Source: Raillietiella orientalis (taxonomy: Eukaryota). From it: a stretch of DNA of 64,000 nt. Below, piece after piece: positions 62,781 through 64,000 of the stretch. Where the stretch lies: assembly GCA_036172245.1 (NCBI GenBank), contig JAYWIR010000013.1, forward strand, positions 1,426,001 to 1,490,000. The letters are read 5' to 3'. Position 1 is the stretch's first letter; each line of letters starts with the position of its first letter. The position numbers and the translations under genes are program-made. Under the pieces are notes generated by a model. The model did not search any database. It saw only the letters and a list, made by a program, of their open reading frames with translations, and was not told the DNA's origin.

Positions 62781-64000
62781 TCATTGGTCTATAATAATTG
62801 TACACAATGCATCTTCCTCACACACTTCTAACACAGCAGCTGTGCCATCATTAAAATGGAATGACATGCCTCCATCAACAACTAACCAAGCATCCAGGCA
62901 CCGAGATCGAACTTCAATTTGATGAGCTAATCCTCTTGGAGGTAACTCTTCCTCTCCCGGAATAATTCCAGATGAAATTGGATCTCGAATAGTGTATACA
63001 AGAAAAGGGCTTTCTGGATTCAAAATAAGACTCTGATTAAATCGGTTGGTTATGGAGTTAACTAAGTCAGCATTTTCTGGATCAAGGGAACAATTGGTTT
63101 CCTGACTGATAATTGATAAGAGGTTAGTTACACACTGATGGGTTAGTTTGTTAACATTGAAAGTCCAAGAAGTGGTTCCTGTTCCAGTACTGACAATGAA
63201 ACCGGAACATTTCTTCTTTAATTTAGGCTGTTGATCAATCTGAATTTCTAAGTATGAGACACGGGCTGACAAATATTCTCCCATGAACACCTGAAAGCTT
63301 TGTTAATCTATTTTCGCATAAAAAGTGCTCTCATCACCTCATTGAGTGCTAACACTGGCAGCTGCCGATGACATTGCATATCCCCAGGTTGTCTGGTTTC
63401 ATCCTCATTTAAATATTCAAAATACCTGTCAATGCACTTGAAATAAGAAGAGCTCAAGAGCTGTGCTCATGCTCACCTATGCTCAGGTTGTGGTAAATGT
63501 TGACTATGCAATTCCAGTGGTGGTTCATGCACCTGTTTACCCATCATGGTTATACGAATTCGCTGTCTGAACATCCACTTAAAAGCACCCTGTAGAGCAC
63601 AAAAGAAGCCTTGTTAAATTCCGATTTCAACTGTACTGTTAACCTCTTTTATTTTAAGGAGAGCTTCCTGTATGTTATGAGTGTACTGTTTAGGCAAACA
63701 CAAATATCCTTCTGACTTAGATGGATCTGTGTTAATTCCAATCAAGGGGATACTGCGATCTGTTATTCTGCTAGCAGCTAGTAAATATGTTCCATCTCCT
63801 CCAGTTGCAAACACTGCATCAGCCCAACTAAATTCTTCAGAAATGTTTGCAGAAAGCCTATTGATTATTTTAACCTCAATTCCAAGATTTCTCAGTCCAT
63901 CGATTACTTTCATTTCACTGGTTTTATGAACCTGATGATGCTTGAGAATAGCTCCATAATCTGCTCCACTCTCACTTAAGAGTGACTTAAGTTCATCTTC
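62781..64000 (-). CDS. NADK2: Mitochondrial NAD kinase 2; 5' end lies outside the window
   Basis: Motifs WADAVFATGGDGTYLLAAS, GINTDPSKSEGYLCLP, LPVLALNE/VFMGEYLSARVSY, STGTGTTSW and VRSRCLDA..VDGG are present. The last exon is 63290-62781. Confidence 0.93.

Noticed and set aside
1..64000. CRISPR arrays or prokaryotic operons/defence systems
   Set aside because: The sequence is intron-containing eukaryotic DNA, and no regularly spaced direct repeats were seen.

Overview
Eukaryotic (animal, arthropod-like by protein similarity) genomic window with ten protein-coding genes in order: ADAT2(+), SLC25A42(-), a LAT-type SLC7 amino-acid transporter(+), V-ATPase subunit F(+), Cullin-1(+), Rheb(+), an inhibitory Smad (Smad6/7/Dad-like, -), LTA4H(+), CFAP410/C21orf2(+) and a 5'-truncated NADK2(-). 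The window has two compositional regimes. The AT-rich, CpG-poor flanks hold tightly packed housekeeping genes with very short introns (37-57 nt). A ~24 kb GC/CpG-rich domain (~29.2-53 kb) begins inside Rheb and covers the I-Smad locus. The most notable observations are: the I-Smad appears to have lost its PPxY ligase-recruiting motif; V-ATPase F starts only 143 nt after the SLC7 stop, with a candidate intron that would remove the SLC7 poly(A) signal; there is an intron-containing pseudogene relic of an SLC7 paralog; CUL1 has a U12-type intron; SLC25A42 has a candidate 3-nt ATG-only exon; and there is a decayed non-LTR retrotransposon. No CRISPR array, tRNA or rRNA was recognised. All calls were made by eye; no database searches were run.
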